Shown in pieces: positions 1 through 11,753 of a DNA stretch of 64,000 nucleotides (positions are counted from its first letter, which is position 1; each line of letters begins with the position of its first letter). A program made the translations under genes and the position numbers. Below the pieces are notes generated by a model. That model was not told the origin of the DNA. It was given only the letters and a program-made list of their open reading frames with translations, and ran no database searches. Origin of the DNA: Octopus bimaculoides (taxonomy: Eukaryota); the NCBI RefSeq assembly GCF_001194135.2, contig NC_068995.1:44021473-44085472 (forward strand), written 5' to 3'.

Positions 1-151
1 GAGAGAGAGTGAGGAGAGAAGAAAGACAGAGAGAGAGGAAGAGCTTGATTTGTGATAAAGATGCGTGCATATACATATAAATATATATAATTGTATATTA
101 TAATAAATAAATATATCATAAATATATATACGTATTTATATAATATACATC

Positions 152-376
152 GGAGACCCGCTTCGGTCACGAATGACCATGGGATTGCTCCTAGAAGGTT
201 ACCGTTCCAGCCACAAGTCCGGGCAAGGTTGTTTATGGAAGACCAGCAGTCGCCCAAGCTTACCAGCCTCCCCTCTCCACGCCACTGATGTTATCCAAGG
301 GAAAGGCTAAAGCCGATACAGCTTGGCACCAGTGACGTCGCAACTCATTTCTACAGCTGAGTGAACTGGAGCAACA
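152..376 (-). mobile_element. 5'-truncated SINE (type E)
   Basis: Minus strand begins GTTGCTCCAGTTCACTCAGCTGTAGAAATGAGTTG, resembling the central module of SINE-C (about 18765-18800), then a GC-rich tail. No tRNA head present. Confidence 0.6.
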
Positions 377-419
377 GACATATACATAAATATTAATTTA
401 TATATGTATATACATACAT

Positions 420-626
420 ATATATCATATATGTTCACAAAGGTAGGTTGTTGCAACAGGCTGCAACTTTTTTGACTGCCTCCTCATGCCAGAAGGAAAC
501 ATTTCTGTCGTAACAAGGAACACGGTTTTTATACAATTTTACTTATGTCTAATGTGTCCTTATTCCCCCCCAAGAGTTTCATTTTTACCCCAGTTGGGGA
601 AATTTACCCCTGTTCGCCGACCCCTG
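420..626 (+). mobile_element. Orphan right end of a hAT (Charlie-like) DNA transposon
   Basis: Ends ...TTACCCCAGTTGGGGAAATTTACCCCTGTTCGCCGACCCCTG; the reverse complement CAGGGGTCGGCGAAC is a Charlie-type TIR. No left TIR found. Confidence 0.55.
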
Positions 627-1630
627 TTATGAATACATAATCGTCACTGTCCTGAGAACTATCTATACCGACCATAGCCGCAAACCCCGACTTCATTCTT
701 TAACAAACAGGCATACTAAACCAAATGTTGTAACGAATAAGAATCTCCGATTGTGTCATTATTAGTTACAAGATGAATGGGACATTTAAAAAACATTACA
801 GCTGGAAATGCCAATATTGATACTAAAAACGCAACTCATCTAAGACTTTCTTATTCATTTCATCTATATGTAAAGGAAATAAATATATTAAAATTTTCAT
901 GTTTCTTTAGTTTACATCTAATTCTTAAAGTATTTACTTTTTTTTGTGTGTGTGTGTGTTAAATAAGTTTGAAATATCCTGTGACAGCCAAAATGGTATT
1001 CTTCAAATTTCTAAAGACTTTTCTTTCGTTATTCTATATGAAGATATCGTCTTAACATCTCTATCTTGTCTTTTTTATTCTCCCTCTTCACTCCTCCTGA
1101 CACCCTTCTCCCTCTTCACTCCCTCTGACACTCACTTTCTCCCTTTCTCTCTCTCCTCGTCTTTCGCTCTTCCTCTCTCCTCCTATGGCCTCTCTCCACC
1201 TTCCCTGGTTGTAATAATGCCGTCATATCACCGAATGACTGATTACCTAAGTGTTATCAATGAATCCTCAGGAAATCTCTGAAATGTATTGATTAATTTG
1301 TCATACCATGAAGTATCTCGGTGATATATCTTACACAACCATACTCTAACTTATCGCGTAACTCACTGCTGTATTGGGTCCTCTCTTTCTATCTTCTGCC
1401 ACTGCGACAATACTTTCAATAGTTTACCTACCATTTCAACTCACCACTCCTATGCCATCCCACATAATGAAAAAAGAGTGAGGTACACCACTCCCCTTTT
1501 CGAATCGAACCGCTCCACGACACAAGGCACATAACCTCTTCAAGGCACCGCCGTTCAAAAATGTGCAAATAATTATAAAAATAGTGGCAATGATAATATA
1601 ATGATAATAATGATTTTAAATGTTGATACA

Positions 1631-1819
1631 GGGCCAGCAATTTCGGGGAAGAGGTAAGTCGATGACAGCGACCCCAGTACTCCGGCAGCTATTCTATCAA
1701 CCTGAAAAGGATGAAAAACAAAGTCGAATCGGTGCCTACCGGACTCAAAACACGAAAACGGATGAAATATCGCTAAAGATTTCTTCCGGTGTGCTAACAA
1801 TTCTGCCAGCTCACCGCCT
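1631..1819 (-). mobile_element. SINE-A, diverged copy
   Basis: Matches other A copies in the window (GACCCCAGT...AAGGATGAAA...CCAGCTCACCGCCT). Confidence 0.8.
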
Positions 1820-1827
1820 ACTTAATA

Positions 1828-1850
1828 ATGATAATTATTATTATTATCAA

Positions 1851-1911
<61 letters not shown>

Positions 1912-1932
1912 ATCATCATCATTATTATTATT
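1828..1932. repeat. (ATT)n/(ATC)n microsatellite
   Basis: Direct reading of tandem triplets. Confidence 0.95.
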
Positions 1933-1942
1933 TCAAATTGCT

Positions 1943-2141
1943 GCCACAAGTGCAGCTTGGGGGAGGGGATTAAGTCAATTACATCTACCCCAGTGCGTAA
2001 CTGGTACTAATTTAATCGACCCCGAAACGATGAAAGGCAAAGTCAACCTCGGCGGAATTTGTACTCAGATTGTAAGGAGGGACAAAATGCCGTTAAGCAT
2101 TTCGCTGTGCATGTGCTGACGACTCTGCCAGCTCGCCGCCT
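1943..2141 (-). mobile_element. SINE-A (tRNA-derived head)
   Basis: Minus strand AGGCGGCGAGCTGGCAGA (A box), GAGTACAAATTCC (B-box position) and core GCCTTTCATCGTTTCGGGGTCGAT; many similar copies in the window. Confidence 0.9.
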
Positions 2142-2151
2142 TAATAATAAT

Positions 2152-2258
2152 GAGAAGAAGAAGAAGAAGAAGAAGAAGAAGAAGAAGAAGAAGAAGAAGA
2201 AGAAGAAGAAGAAGAAGAAGAAGAAGAAGAAGAAGAAGAAGAAGAAGAAGAAGAAGAA
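2152..2258. repeat. (GAA)n microsatellite, about 35 units
   Basis: Direct reading. Confidence 0.97.
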
Positions 2259-3045
2259 CTAAAACTGTACGCTACAAATGACAAACAGCTGGAAACATTA
2301 CTACAGACAGTATATGATTATACCAAAGAAATAAACATGAAATTTGGCTTAGAGAAATGTGCCAAAGCAACCTTGAAAAGAGGAAATCTAGTTAAGTGTA
2401 GCAACATCACACTAGATAAAGCAATGAAATAAGAGAATTGGAACAAAGCCAGACATATAAATACTTAGGAATCAATGAACTAGATACAGCATACATAAAT
2501 GAAAGAGAAGAATGAATACTATAGACGAGTTAGATTAATACTGAAAACAGAGCTCAATGCGAAAAGCAAGATAATAGGTATCAACACTCTAACTGTCTCT
2601 GTTATAAGTTACAGTTATAATATCCTTAATTGGATATTAAATGAACTACTCAAAATAGACAGGAAAACAAGAAAAATAGTGACAGGATTTAGGATGCACC
2701 ACCCAAAATCTGACATAGAAAGGTTATATACAAAACGTATAGAAGGTGGTAGAGGCCTTATACAGCTAGAAAACTATTACAAATTAACCACCATAGGACT
2801 ACAAAAATACCTACTTCAGAAGCAAGGTAAACTAATACAAATAGCTACAAAACATGAACAAAACAAAAAATCTGCTTTCAGTTTTTAAGGAAGCTGACAA
2901 ATGCAAAAAAGAAGTCATGCTACCTAACAACTATGAAGAAAAAGAAGAAACAACAAAAGCTGTAAAGCAACTGAAATCCAAACTAAATTGGAACAGCAAC
3001 GGCTCATGATAAAACGATGAGAAGAAAATCCCCTTCATGGCAAAT
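2259..3045 (+). pseudogene. R4/Dong-clade non-LTR retrotransposon fragment 1 (RT C-half and thumb), frameshifted
   Basis: Translates LKLYA..MKFGLEKC..YKYLG..EYYRRVRLILKTELN..HPKSDIERLY..GGRGL..LHGK, motifs typical of R4/Dong RLE elements; contains stops and frameshifts. Confidence 0.85.
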
Positions 3046-4122
3046 TGGAGGACGGACCTGACAGCATACGGAAGAAGTTTAGAGACAGTCGAAATTAGGA
3101 GGGGCATCTTCCAAGGGGTCTGCCTGTCCACAGTGATCTTTGTACTGTGCTTGATACCACTAACACTGATTCTGAGGAAAGCAAAAGCTGGGTCTGTATT
3201 AAAAAACCGCCAACAAAAAGTCAACCATTTGTTATTCATGGATGACCTCAAACTTTATGGTAAAGATGAAGCCCAAGTCAGTTCTCTCGTTGATATGGTG
3301 TATACTTTCAGTGCTGATATCAGAACGGAATTTGGACTGAGAAAGTGTGGTGTGTTAGTCTTGAAGAGAGGCAAAATCAAATGTATGGACGGGCTAACGA
3401 TACCGTCGGGGGAGGTTATGAAGCAAATAGAAGAGACGGGTTATAAGAACTTGGGGATTTTTGAAATGGATAAATTAATGGAGAAAGAAATGGCAGAAAA
3501 ATTTAAGGTGTAGTACTTGCGCAGACTGAGGCTAATCCTAAAGTCGTAACTACATGGACGGAATAAGATCGAAACTATCAACACCTGAGCGGTTTCACTG
3601 CTTAGATATGGAGCAGAGGTACTCACATGGACAGTTGACGAACTAAACAGGTTAGACAGAAAGACAAGGAAGTTGCTAACTAGATATGGGTCACTCCACC
3701 CAAAAAGTGACACAGACAGACTGTATGTACCAAGAAAAAGATTGTGTAGAGGACTTATTGGATACGAACACAGCATCAGAGCAGCAGAAAACAACATAGC
3801 ATGGTATGTAAAAAAATTCCACAGAACCGCTATTACTAGAAGGTCAGGCTTGTGTAGGATGAAAGTTTGCGAAGATAAAGCACTATACAAGAAATTGAAA
3901 GCGAATGAAACTGAAAATAGGTGAGTAAAGAAAAGAATGCATGGTCAATTTCAAAGGGATGTTGAAGATAAGACAGACAGAGAAAAAAGATAGCTGTGGA
4001 TGGCTAAAAGTGGTTTAAAACCGGAAACGGAGGCTCTAATCTGTGCTGCCCAAGATTAAGCACTAAGAACAAACTACGTAAAATACAGAATAGACAACAC
4101 AGGAGAAAGTAATAAGTGCAGA
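3036..4122 (+). pseudogene. R4/Dong-clade retrotransposon fragment 2 (RT to start of zinc knuckle)
   Basis: RRGIFQG..HLLFMDDLKLYGK..FGLRKCG..HPKSDTDRLYVPRK..MHGQF..ETEALICAAQD..YRID..KCR; several in-frame stops. Confidence 0.9.
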
Positions 4123-4124
4123 AA

Positions 4125-4241
4125 CTCAAACATTAGTACATTCAATCATCAACCTCTCAAACATTAATATATTTAATCATCAATCACTCAAACATTAGTC
4201 TATTCAATCGTCAATCACTCAAACATTAGTCTATTCAATCA
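4125..4241. repeat. 31-bp minisatellite, about 3.8 copies
   Basis: CTCAAACATTAGTCTATTCAATCATCAATCA-like units start at 4125, 4156, 4187 and 4218. Confidence 0.92.
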
Positions 4242-6275
4242 GAAACATTAAATTTCAACCACTTATACTGTCATGTTAGTTTGTTACAAACATTGAATAA
4301 AGAATATTTGCTTTTAAGAATTGCAAAATCTTCTAAGTCGATGCTTTACAATAATAACAACCCTAACAGAAAGCTATCCAATTACAACAGCCCTTACTGA
4401 AACCTTTCGAGCTGTTTCTTGTTTCTTTGTAGTTTGTGAGTCCTATATATCTGGATGCGTATTTATCTTTGAGCGTATCAATCATATCCAGCCACTTATT
4501 CATCCTCCTTGATATTAGCACACGTTTAGCATCAATAGATGAAGAAAGTGGTTGATATATGATGAGACATCTCCTTGAGAAAAATTCCGAATCTTTGTTT
4601 GAATTACTTCTCGTAAACGTTAAACAGTCCATTCTGATGAGAAAAGATACTTGACTTAATAGTTCCCGTTACCAGCTGAAGAAAACTGGCATAGTTTAAA
4701 CCTTCCAGTCGTTTAAGGTTATTCTTTCAAATAGTTGACGAGAACAGTCGACCACACAAAACATAAGTGCACGAAACCTTTGGGTATTTGTTTTAAACAT
4801 TTATTTGCAATACATACATCTATGTATGAATTTCTGTGTTTGTGCGTTTGCATGTGTTGAATGCGGAGGTTTCTTTTAAGAAAGATTAAAACTGATTTGT
4901 CAAGAAAATTGCATTGTTGATTCTATCGATTTAACCCAATATTACCCCCTTTTCCTGTGGGAAATTTAGCTTCGATAGGGAATAATATTCATTTATCATT
5001 TTCGATTGGGCTGAAAAGCAGAAACGATATAAAAAAATACATAATCAAAAACAATTAAAACTTAGTTATATAATGCATTTAAAATTCTACTTTCATTTAA
5101 CCTTAAGCGTCGTTTTGTTAGCTTTTCAATGGATTATGATAGGACAATAACCAAAAAGTTTCATTGTGAAGTTACTTTCTTCCATTCAGAAAAACTAAAA
5201 ATAATTAAGAGCTTCCATTCTGAGAGATAAACTTAAATGTTTTCAGGTTAATTTTTTAAGACAGATGCTTTGTTATATTCAAACAAAACATAAATGCTTG
5301 ACTCGGTTTTCAAAATACATCTGCAATCAAGTCTAGAAAGAAAACAGACAATGAGGATTTTCGGCGTTTAACTAAAGAGCTGAAAATTAATGCAGGCATG
5401 AAATATGAATTAATAATTCAAAACTGAAGTGTTTCCGTGTATGTACGCATGTGGAAATGTGTGTCCGTTTTGTAAAGAGGGTTTCTTTTATTTAGTTTCT
5501 ATTTATTAGTTTAACAATTTGAATCCGTGCTCTCTATAGAACTTAATTAAGTGTCGAAATTCATTCATTTTAAAATATGGGAAACCTCTTAGAATAAACG
5601 TGAGTCAAGAAGAGGGTCCCATTTTTCCATTTATAATCTATTGAATACAAATGAAGTGTGCCATGTTCTTCAAAATCAATTCAAGGAACTATGAAATGAA
5701 TCCTTTGTGGTTGATCACCATGCTGGCAGCAACAGCTACATTTCCCATAAATAACAGTCAAAATTCCCCTAACAACCGAACAGAACCCATACGAGCCAAT
5801 TCCTTGACGTATTAAGCTGTCGTTGATGCCAAAGGTGGAACAACTCCGTGTTAGATGATAAAACTTTCATTTAATAAGTAGTTACCACTAGTTCGCCCAA
5901 CCCCTATATGTTTATATAAATTTCAGCTGGGGTCAAGTTCAAAGAAACTATGGCCAACCGCTAAGATAAAGAACTCAAAAATAAATCTATAAATAAGAAG
6001 TTAGTCCATAATCGTTAGTCCAACAAAATATATTTTGTTTCACCAGTAACTCTTTGGGAAATAAAGAACAATATTGAAGGACATTAAAGACAAGGGGTAC
6101 TTTTCTCTGATGTTCACACATCAAAGTTTGAATCGATCTGTTAGGTTATAGAGGTGGAGATATATATATTGAGTATAGAGGTGGAGATATATATGTATGT
6201 ATGTTTGTATGTACTACGTATGTATATGTGTGTGTATGTGTGTACCCACACTTTGTTACATCCGGTGTGTCACGC

Positions 6276-6292
6276 NNNNNNNNNNNNNNNNN
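6276..6292. other. Assembly gap with duplicated flanks
   Basis: 17 N; 6161-6275 is repeated at 6325-6439. Confidence 0.95.
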
Positions 6293-6335
<43 letters not shown>

Positions 6336-6419
6336 AGTATAGAGGTGGAGATATATATGTATGTATGTTTGTATGTACTACGTATGTATATGTGTGTGTA
6401 TGTGTGTACCCACACTTTG

Positions 6420-6576
6420 TTACATCCGGTGTGTCACGCTGAATCTCTTTGAGAGTTACGTTAAGGGTACACATGTCTGTGGAGTGCTCAGCCACTTGCA
6501 CGTTAATTTCACGAGCAGCTTGATCCGTTGGTTGTATCAACTGGAACACTAGTCGTCCTAACCGACGGAGTGCCAG
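6420..6576 (+). mobile_element. 3' tail of SINE-B/C
   Basis: GTGTCACGCTGAAT..ACGTTAAGGGTACAC..CCACTTGCACGTTAATTTCACGAGC..GACGGAGTGCC matches 18535-18680. Confidence 0.9.
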
Positions 6577-7454
6577 GCCTTATATACTGCGTGTAATACT
6601 GCGAAATTCTGTTCGTGTACTCTTACATATATATCTAGCACGTTCACCATCACAGTCCAGTTATAATTGTCTCCTAAATTAATATTTTTAATTTAATAAC
6701 TTGTTATATTTCATATATTTTATTTGTCATTTGAAACTGAGAATCTTTACGACTTTCTTGATAATTTCATTTTTAATAATATTCTCTAATTAATATTTCG
6801 CTTTTGATATTTTGCCATAAAACAGATGGTGCTGCAACAACAACAACAACACCAACGATGAAAACAACACCAACAGTGACAGTAACCACAACAGATGTAA
6901 GAATGGTAACGTAGCTTTTGTAGCAGATGCAGGAGGCGGAGAAGAAAGAAAGAAAGAAAGAAAGAAACCGTTGGTGGCTTTTATATGAGATTTCACATTT
7001 GGATTCAATAAAACAATTACGTTAATTTTGTTTTATTTCATTTTAACTTTATTCTGTCGGTCATAGGTGGGGAGAGAGGAGCTATTCCTCCTCACACAGA
7101 GAAATAGGATGATGTGGATTCTTAATTTAATATCAACTTATTGATAACACAGTAATAATTCAACTCTTCGAGACTTGACTGGAATGGTTTCTATTTTCAT
7201 GCAAGAAGACAATTTGATAAAAAGAGATAAAGAGGGAGGGAGAGAGAGGGGGGGGAGACACAAGGGGGACGAGAATGTGTGTGTGAGAGAGAGACAGAGA
7301 GAGATAGGCCCCGTAAATAGAAAGCTAAATTGGAGCCAGATTCAGGCGACGAGGTGGTAATGTAGTAATTTACTGTGCGATTAGATCCGCGCATACAGCT
7401 GATGGTGCGTGATATGTTTCTTGGACAAATTACTAAATAACAACACTTCGAAAC

Positions 7455-7499
7455 TATGAGGTTTCTGGTTCAGTTCCACTGCACGGCAAATTAATTATC

Positions 7500-7534
<35 letters not shown>

Positions 7535-7920
7535 GGTTTGGGGAGGCTTTGGTGGGGTTGCATCAGCCCGTCGCATTCTTTCTAAGTGAATTCGGCAAAC
7601 GAAAACTTTATGGAAACCTGTCTTTGCATGCAGAGAGAGGAGGAGAAAGAGGGAGTGAGAGTGGGAGAGATAACGACATACACGTATGAGCACGTGTGCA
7701 AGTGTACGTAAGTATGTATGCGTCCGCGACTAAGTGTGTTTGCCTCCTTCCATATCGTGCCTTCATATCGTGACGCTGCTTGGTAATCTGTGTTTGTTTA
7801 CACCTCGTCATCTAGCGGTTAGACCTAATAGAAGTCGTGCTGATATAAGTATCAGACTGGGATCGATTTGATCGAGTTAGATGCACCAGTATGGCCGTAT
7901 TCTTGAATTGAGAACAGTGA
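7455..7920 (+). mobile_element. Highly diverged SINE-D
   Basis: Weak matches to the D head (GGTTCAGTTCCACTGC) and D 3' part (GTTTACACCTCGTCATCTAGCGGTT..CACCAGTATGGCCG). Confidence 0.5.
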
Positions 7921-7960
7921 AGCCACATGCGATAAATTTGTTAGTCAGCCCTTTAAGTAT

Positions 7961-8174
7961 CCTTTCTACTGGAGGCACAAGGCCTCAAACTTGTAGGGTG
8001 GGGGTCTAGTCGATTACATCGACACCAGTGTTTCACTGGTACTTATTTTATCGACTCCAAAAGGATGAAAGGCAAAGTCGACCTTGGCAGAATTTGAACC
8101 AACAACGTAGCGACGAGCGAAATACCGCTAAGCATTTCGTCCAGAGCGCTAACGATTCTGCCAGCTCGCCGCCG
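7961..8174 (-). mobile_element. SINE-A
   Basis: Near-full match to other A copies. Confidence 0.9.
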
Positions 8175-8489
8175 TAGTTGGCACTTTAACTATATCACTT
8201 CTTCACATAAACGACATTAGACAAGGTCATATATCTTAATTCATTTGTGAACAATTTATTCATATCATTTAAGTACAGTTGATCTTTGAATCAAAGCCTG
8301 AAAGCACATCATGCAACTTTACATAACATATTTCAAGTGAAATAAAATTTGTTAGGTCAAGAGGTTTCCAAGAAAATGTTTAAAACGTATAGTGCTGAAT
8401 TGAATAGTAAATTACATCTAAAATAACCTCTTCCCCTTCATTAAATACAACTATTTATATAGTCATTTAATATTTATAGAAATATTTTA

Positions 8490-8650
8490 GCACACCGAAC
8501 AAAATGCTGAACTGCATCTCGTCCGTCATTACGTTCTAAGTTTAAATTCCGCTGAGATCGACTTTGATTTTTATCCTTTCCAGGTCAATAAAATAAGTTT
8601 CAGCTGAGGTCGATGTAATCGACTTAACCCTTCCCTAGAAATTACTGGCC
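8490..8650 (+). mobile_element. SINE-A, 5'-truncated and diverged
   Basis: AAATTCCGCTGAGATCGACTTTG..GGTCGATGTAATCGACTTA. Confidence 0.8.
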
Positions 8651-8651
8651 C

Positions 8652-8745
8652 TCAATAAACACTCACAACGCCCAGTCTGGGAATCGAAACCGCGATCCTA
8701 TGACCACGAGTCTGCTGCCCTAACCACTGGGCCATTGCGCCTCCA
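8652..8745 (-). mobile_element. SINE-B tRNA head only
   Basis: Reverse complement nearly identical to 18301-18395. Confidence 0.9.
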
Positions 8746-8896
8746 CATTCCAGTGAATAAACAAAAGTGAAAAGGACAATTATACATTGAGAAGATTTTA
8801 ATGAAGTCTTAGATATTCTTGAGTCATGGCTGGAATATCTTTGTTCATAAGTTACGCGAGACATTACAAACTTGAAGCTAAACAAATATTGAACTC

Positions 8897-9071
8897 AAAT
8901 TTTGGAACAAGCCACCAATTTCAGTACTCAACTAGTGCTTATTTTATCGACCCTGAAAGGATGAAAGGCAAAGTCGACCTCAGCGGAATTTGAACTCATA
9001 ACTTAAAGACGAACGAAATGCCGCTCAGAATTTTGCCCGACGTGCTAACGACGTTCCCAGTTCACTGCCTT
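8897..9071 (-). mobile_element. SINE-A
   Basis: ATCGACCCTGAAAGGATGAAAGGCAAAGTCGACCTC core. Confidence 0.88.
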
Positions 9072-10544
9072 AGGCTAAGCAAGTATTAAGTAGTAAAAAA
9101 TCGTAGACGTTGCGGTTTTAAGGTCTTGCTTGGACTACCATTGGCCCACATCTATTGTGAACCAATAAAATAGTATCAGTAATACAGCAATGTCCACTTC
9201 ATGGATTATAAACCTGTCTAGCTCATTTCGGCCTTCTGATATGAATTATATTAACGTCACAAGTTTCTTTAGGAAAATCATAATGCTAGATAATTTCATT
9301 CTTCCTAGTCTATAGACTCAATGTCTTTTAAGAAAACATGTTAACGTAGTATTGGCACTTAATCCACTTAACCGATGGAATTGGAAAGAGAAAATCCGAT
9401 GCAGGAATAATGGAAAGAATTTGTTGATGGTAAATTAAGAAAGTGGCTTTAGATAGATAACAAGTGACAGTGTCATCAACTGATTGAAAACGTGGTTGTG
9501 TAATTTCAACTTGTGTTTCTTTTTATTCGCGAAGATACCGGACTTATAAGGTTTAGGAATAGGTAAGCTGATTACGAAAGTTTTGCAGAATTTTGGCATT
9601 GAATAGATTCTGAAACGTTTTTGCAATGAATGTCAAAGAGTACAAAATTATTACATAGAAATTGATTTTCAGAAACTTGCGGCTGCAGCTTCCATTTTGG
9701 ATATCTGGAAATGTGAAGAAATGACATATATAAAGTACAGTCTTTTAATGAAGTTATAGTTTAAAAGATTATAGTCAAGAGAAGACCACTCACATTTATT
9801 AATGAATTGTTTGAGTTAATGTTTGGTAAAACAGACAATTAGCATTAAAAGAGATAAAACTAAGCAAAACTTTATTGTTTACTGGTGTCTGAAATCAAGA
9901 TTATTTTCTGCAGCACTTTGACTAATGTTCAAACGTGGTAATTTATATCAGAAGACTAAGTATAGAGAATTAAATTGACCTCAATACATTACTGGTATAT
10001 ATTTTAGTGAATCTGTAAGAATTAATTTCCGTATTTCAGGTACGAATAAAGGAAAAAAAAAACGAAGTTTCTGACAGGACATAGACATTTGATTCTACAA
10101 CAAAAAGAGAGTTGAATAAACGGAGATTATTAAAGTAATTTCCCCTTGTTAATACAAACCCCATGAAATAAATTCCTGAACTGGACAACAGGATCATTGC
10201 TGAACGAACTGGATTGAAATACAAGAAAAACTCTCAGCGAGAACTCAAGAGCGTAAATAACATTGGCACGAGAATGGTATTAGTTAAATATTCGTTTTGC
10301 TAGCAAGTGGTTCCGTGCTAGATCCCAATGTTCGGATTGACCAAAGAAATGCCTCAGTGTAACCCAAGCAACATGGACGATAGCATTGTGTGTATAATAA
10401 CTGCGTTTTATATTACTCTGTATGATATTACTGTTGATGATGTTACGATGAAAATACAGTAATATTAATTACATCATACAATCACTCCATACAAAGTCAT
10501 GTCATACACTATAATACCACACGTATTAATATCCTTTGTATCAT

Positions 10545-10726
10545 AAGCATAAGGCCTGACATTTTGTGGGAGGAGAGTAATCTATCATATCGACCCCAGG
10601 ATACAACTGGTATTCAGTTTATTGAACACGAAAGGATAAAAGACAAAATCGACCTCTGCAGAGTTTGAACTTAGAAACGTAAAGACAGGCGAAATGCGTG
10701 CTAACGATTCTGCCAGCTTCGCCCCC
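10545..10726 (-). mobile_element. SINE-A, diverged
   Basis: Matches the A head and core. Confidence 0.8.
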
Positions 10727-10916
10727 TTATCACACGTAGTAATATCATAATCAGTAATATCACACACTGTAATATAATACATAGGAATGTCATGCACATT
10801 TATACTGTGCAATATTACGCATTGCGATATCACTCGGTAATATCCTACAATATTATCATACAAAGTAACACCCCTGTAATATCATACAGGTTATCATATA
10901 TCTCATACACCCAACC

Positions 10917-11064
10917 CGTGGCTGTGTGGTAAGAAGTTTGCTTCCCAACCATTAGTTCTGTGTTCAGTCTCACTGCATGATACCTTAATCAGGTGTCTTC
11001 TGTAGTGTCGGCCCGACCAAAGTCTTATGGGTGGATTTGGCAGACGGAAACTGAAAGAAGTCTG

Positions 11065-11120
<56 letters not shown>

Positions 11121-11247
11121 AAGTACCAGACTTGAAAACAGGTAAGTGATGTGGTCGATTCCTTTGACTAAAGATTTTCAAGGTGATGCCCCAGCATGGT
11201 CGCAGTCTCATTAACTGAAACAAGTAAAAGTAAAACAGATAAAAGAT
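10917..11247 (+). mobile_element. SINE-D with internal (TG)n
   Basis: Head GGCTGTGTGGTAAGAAG, internal (TG)n at 11067-11116, tail CCAGCATGGTCGCAGTC..GAAACAAGTAAAAG. Confidence 0.88.
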
Positions 11248-11673
11248 ACACAATAATAAGCAGTAGTCTCATACAGAATAATATCATACACATACGTATC
11301 ACTATAGTGATATTAAACACAGTAATATCATGCAGTAACTGAAATATATAAATAAATATATACAATATATGTGAAATAAATATATAAAAAGAAAACAATT
11401 ACTTGTCATTAAATGCAATATGTAATGCAAGCGTTGATTACTTCATTGGTTACTGATTTAATTTTAATGCCATATGACGGCCTTTATAAAGCCATCGAAG
11501 ATTTGTCTTACAGAAAGCACAAACGTTTCTTCGCAAGATCTCATCATGAGTTTACGCGATACATAATGTAGAATTAACGTGAATTTTCTATTTTCTACAA
11601 GTTTGTGTGGGTGTGCACACACACACACACACACATACACACAATACATATGTGTGTATTTAAATATACACAC

Positions 11674-11677
<4 letters not shown>

Positions 11678-11747
<70 letters not shown>
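11678..11747. repeat. (GATA)n-(GA)n compound microsatellite
   Basis: Direct reading. Confidence 0.95.

Positions 11748-11753
<6 letters not shown>

Larger units (their letters stand above)
10400..11345. repeat. Degenerate short-unit tandem array (GTAATATCATACA-like) interrupted by SINEs
   Basis: Motif recurs at 10405-10520, 10735-10910 and 11270-11340. Confidence 0.6.

Noticed and set aside
5696-5815. 39-aa ORF with a signal-peptide-like start (MNPLWLITMLAATATFP..)
   Set aside because: Too short to distinguish from chance; no homology or gene context.
6146-6439. 115-bp direct duplication around a 17-N gap
   Set aside because: Identical copies on both sides of a gap beside (TA)n are typical of unmerged contig overlap or allelic repeat-length difference.
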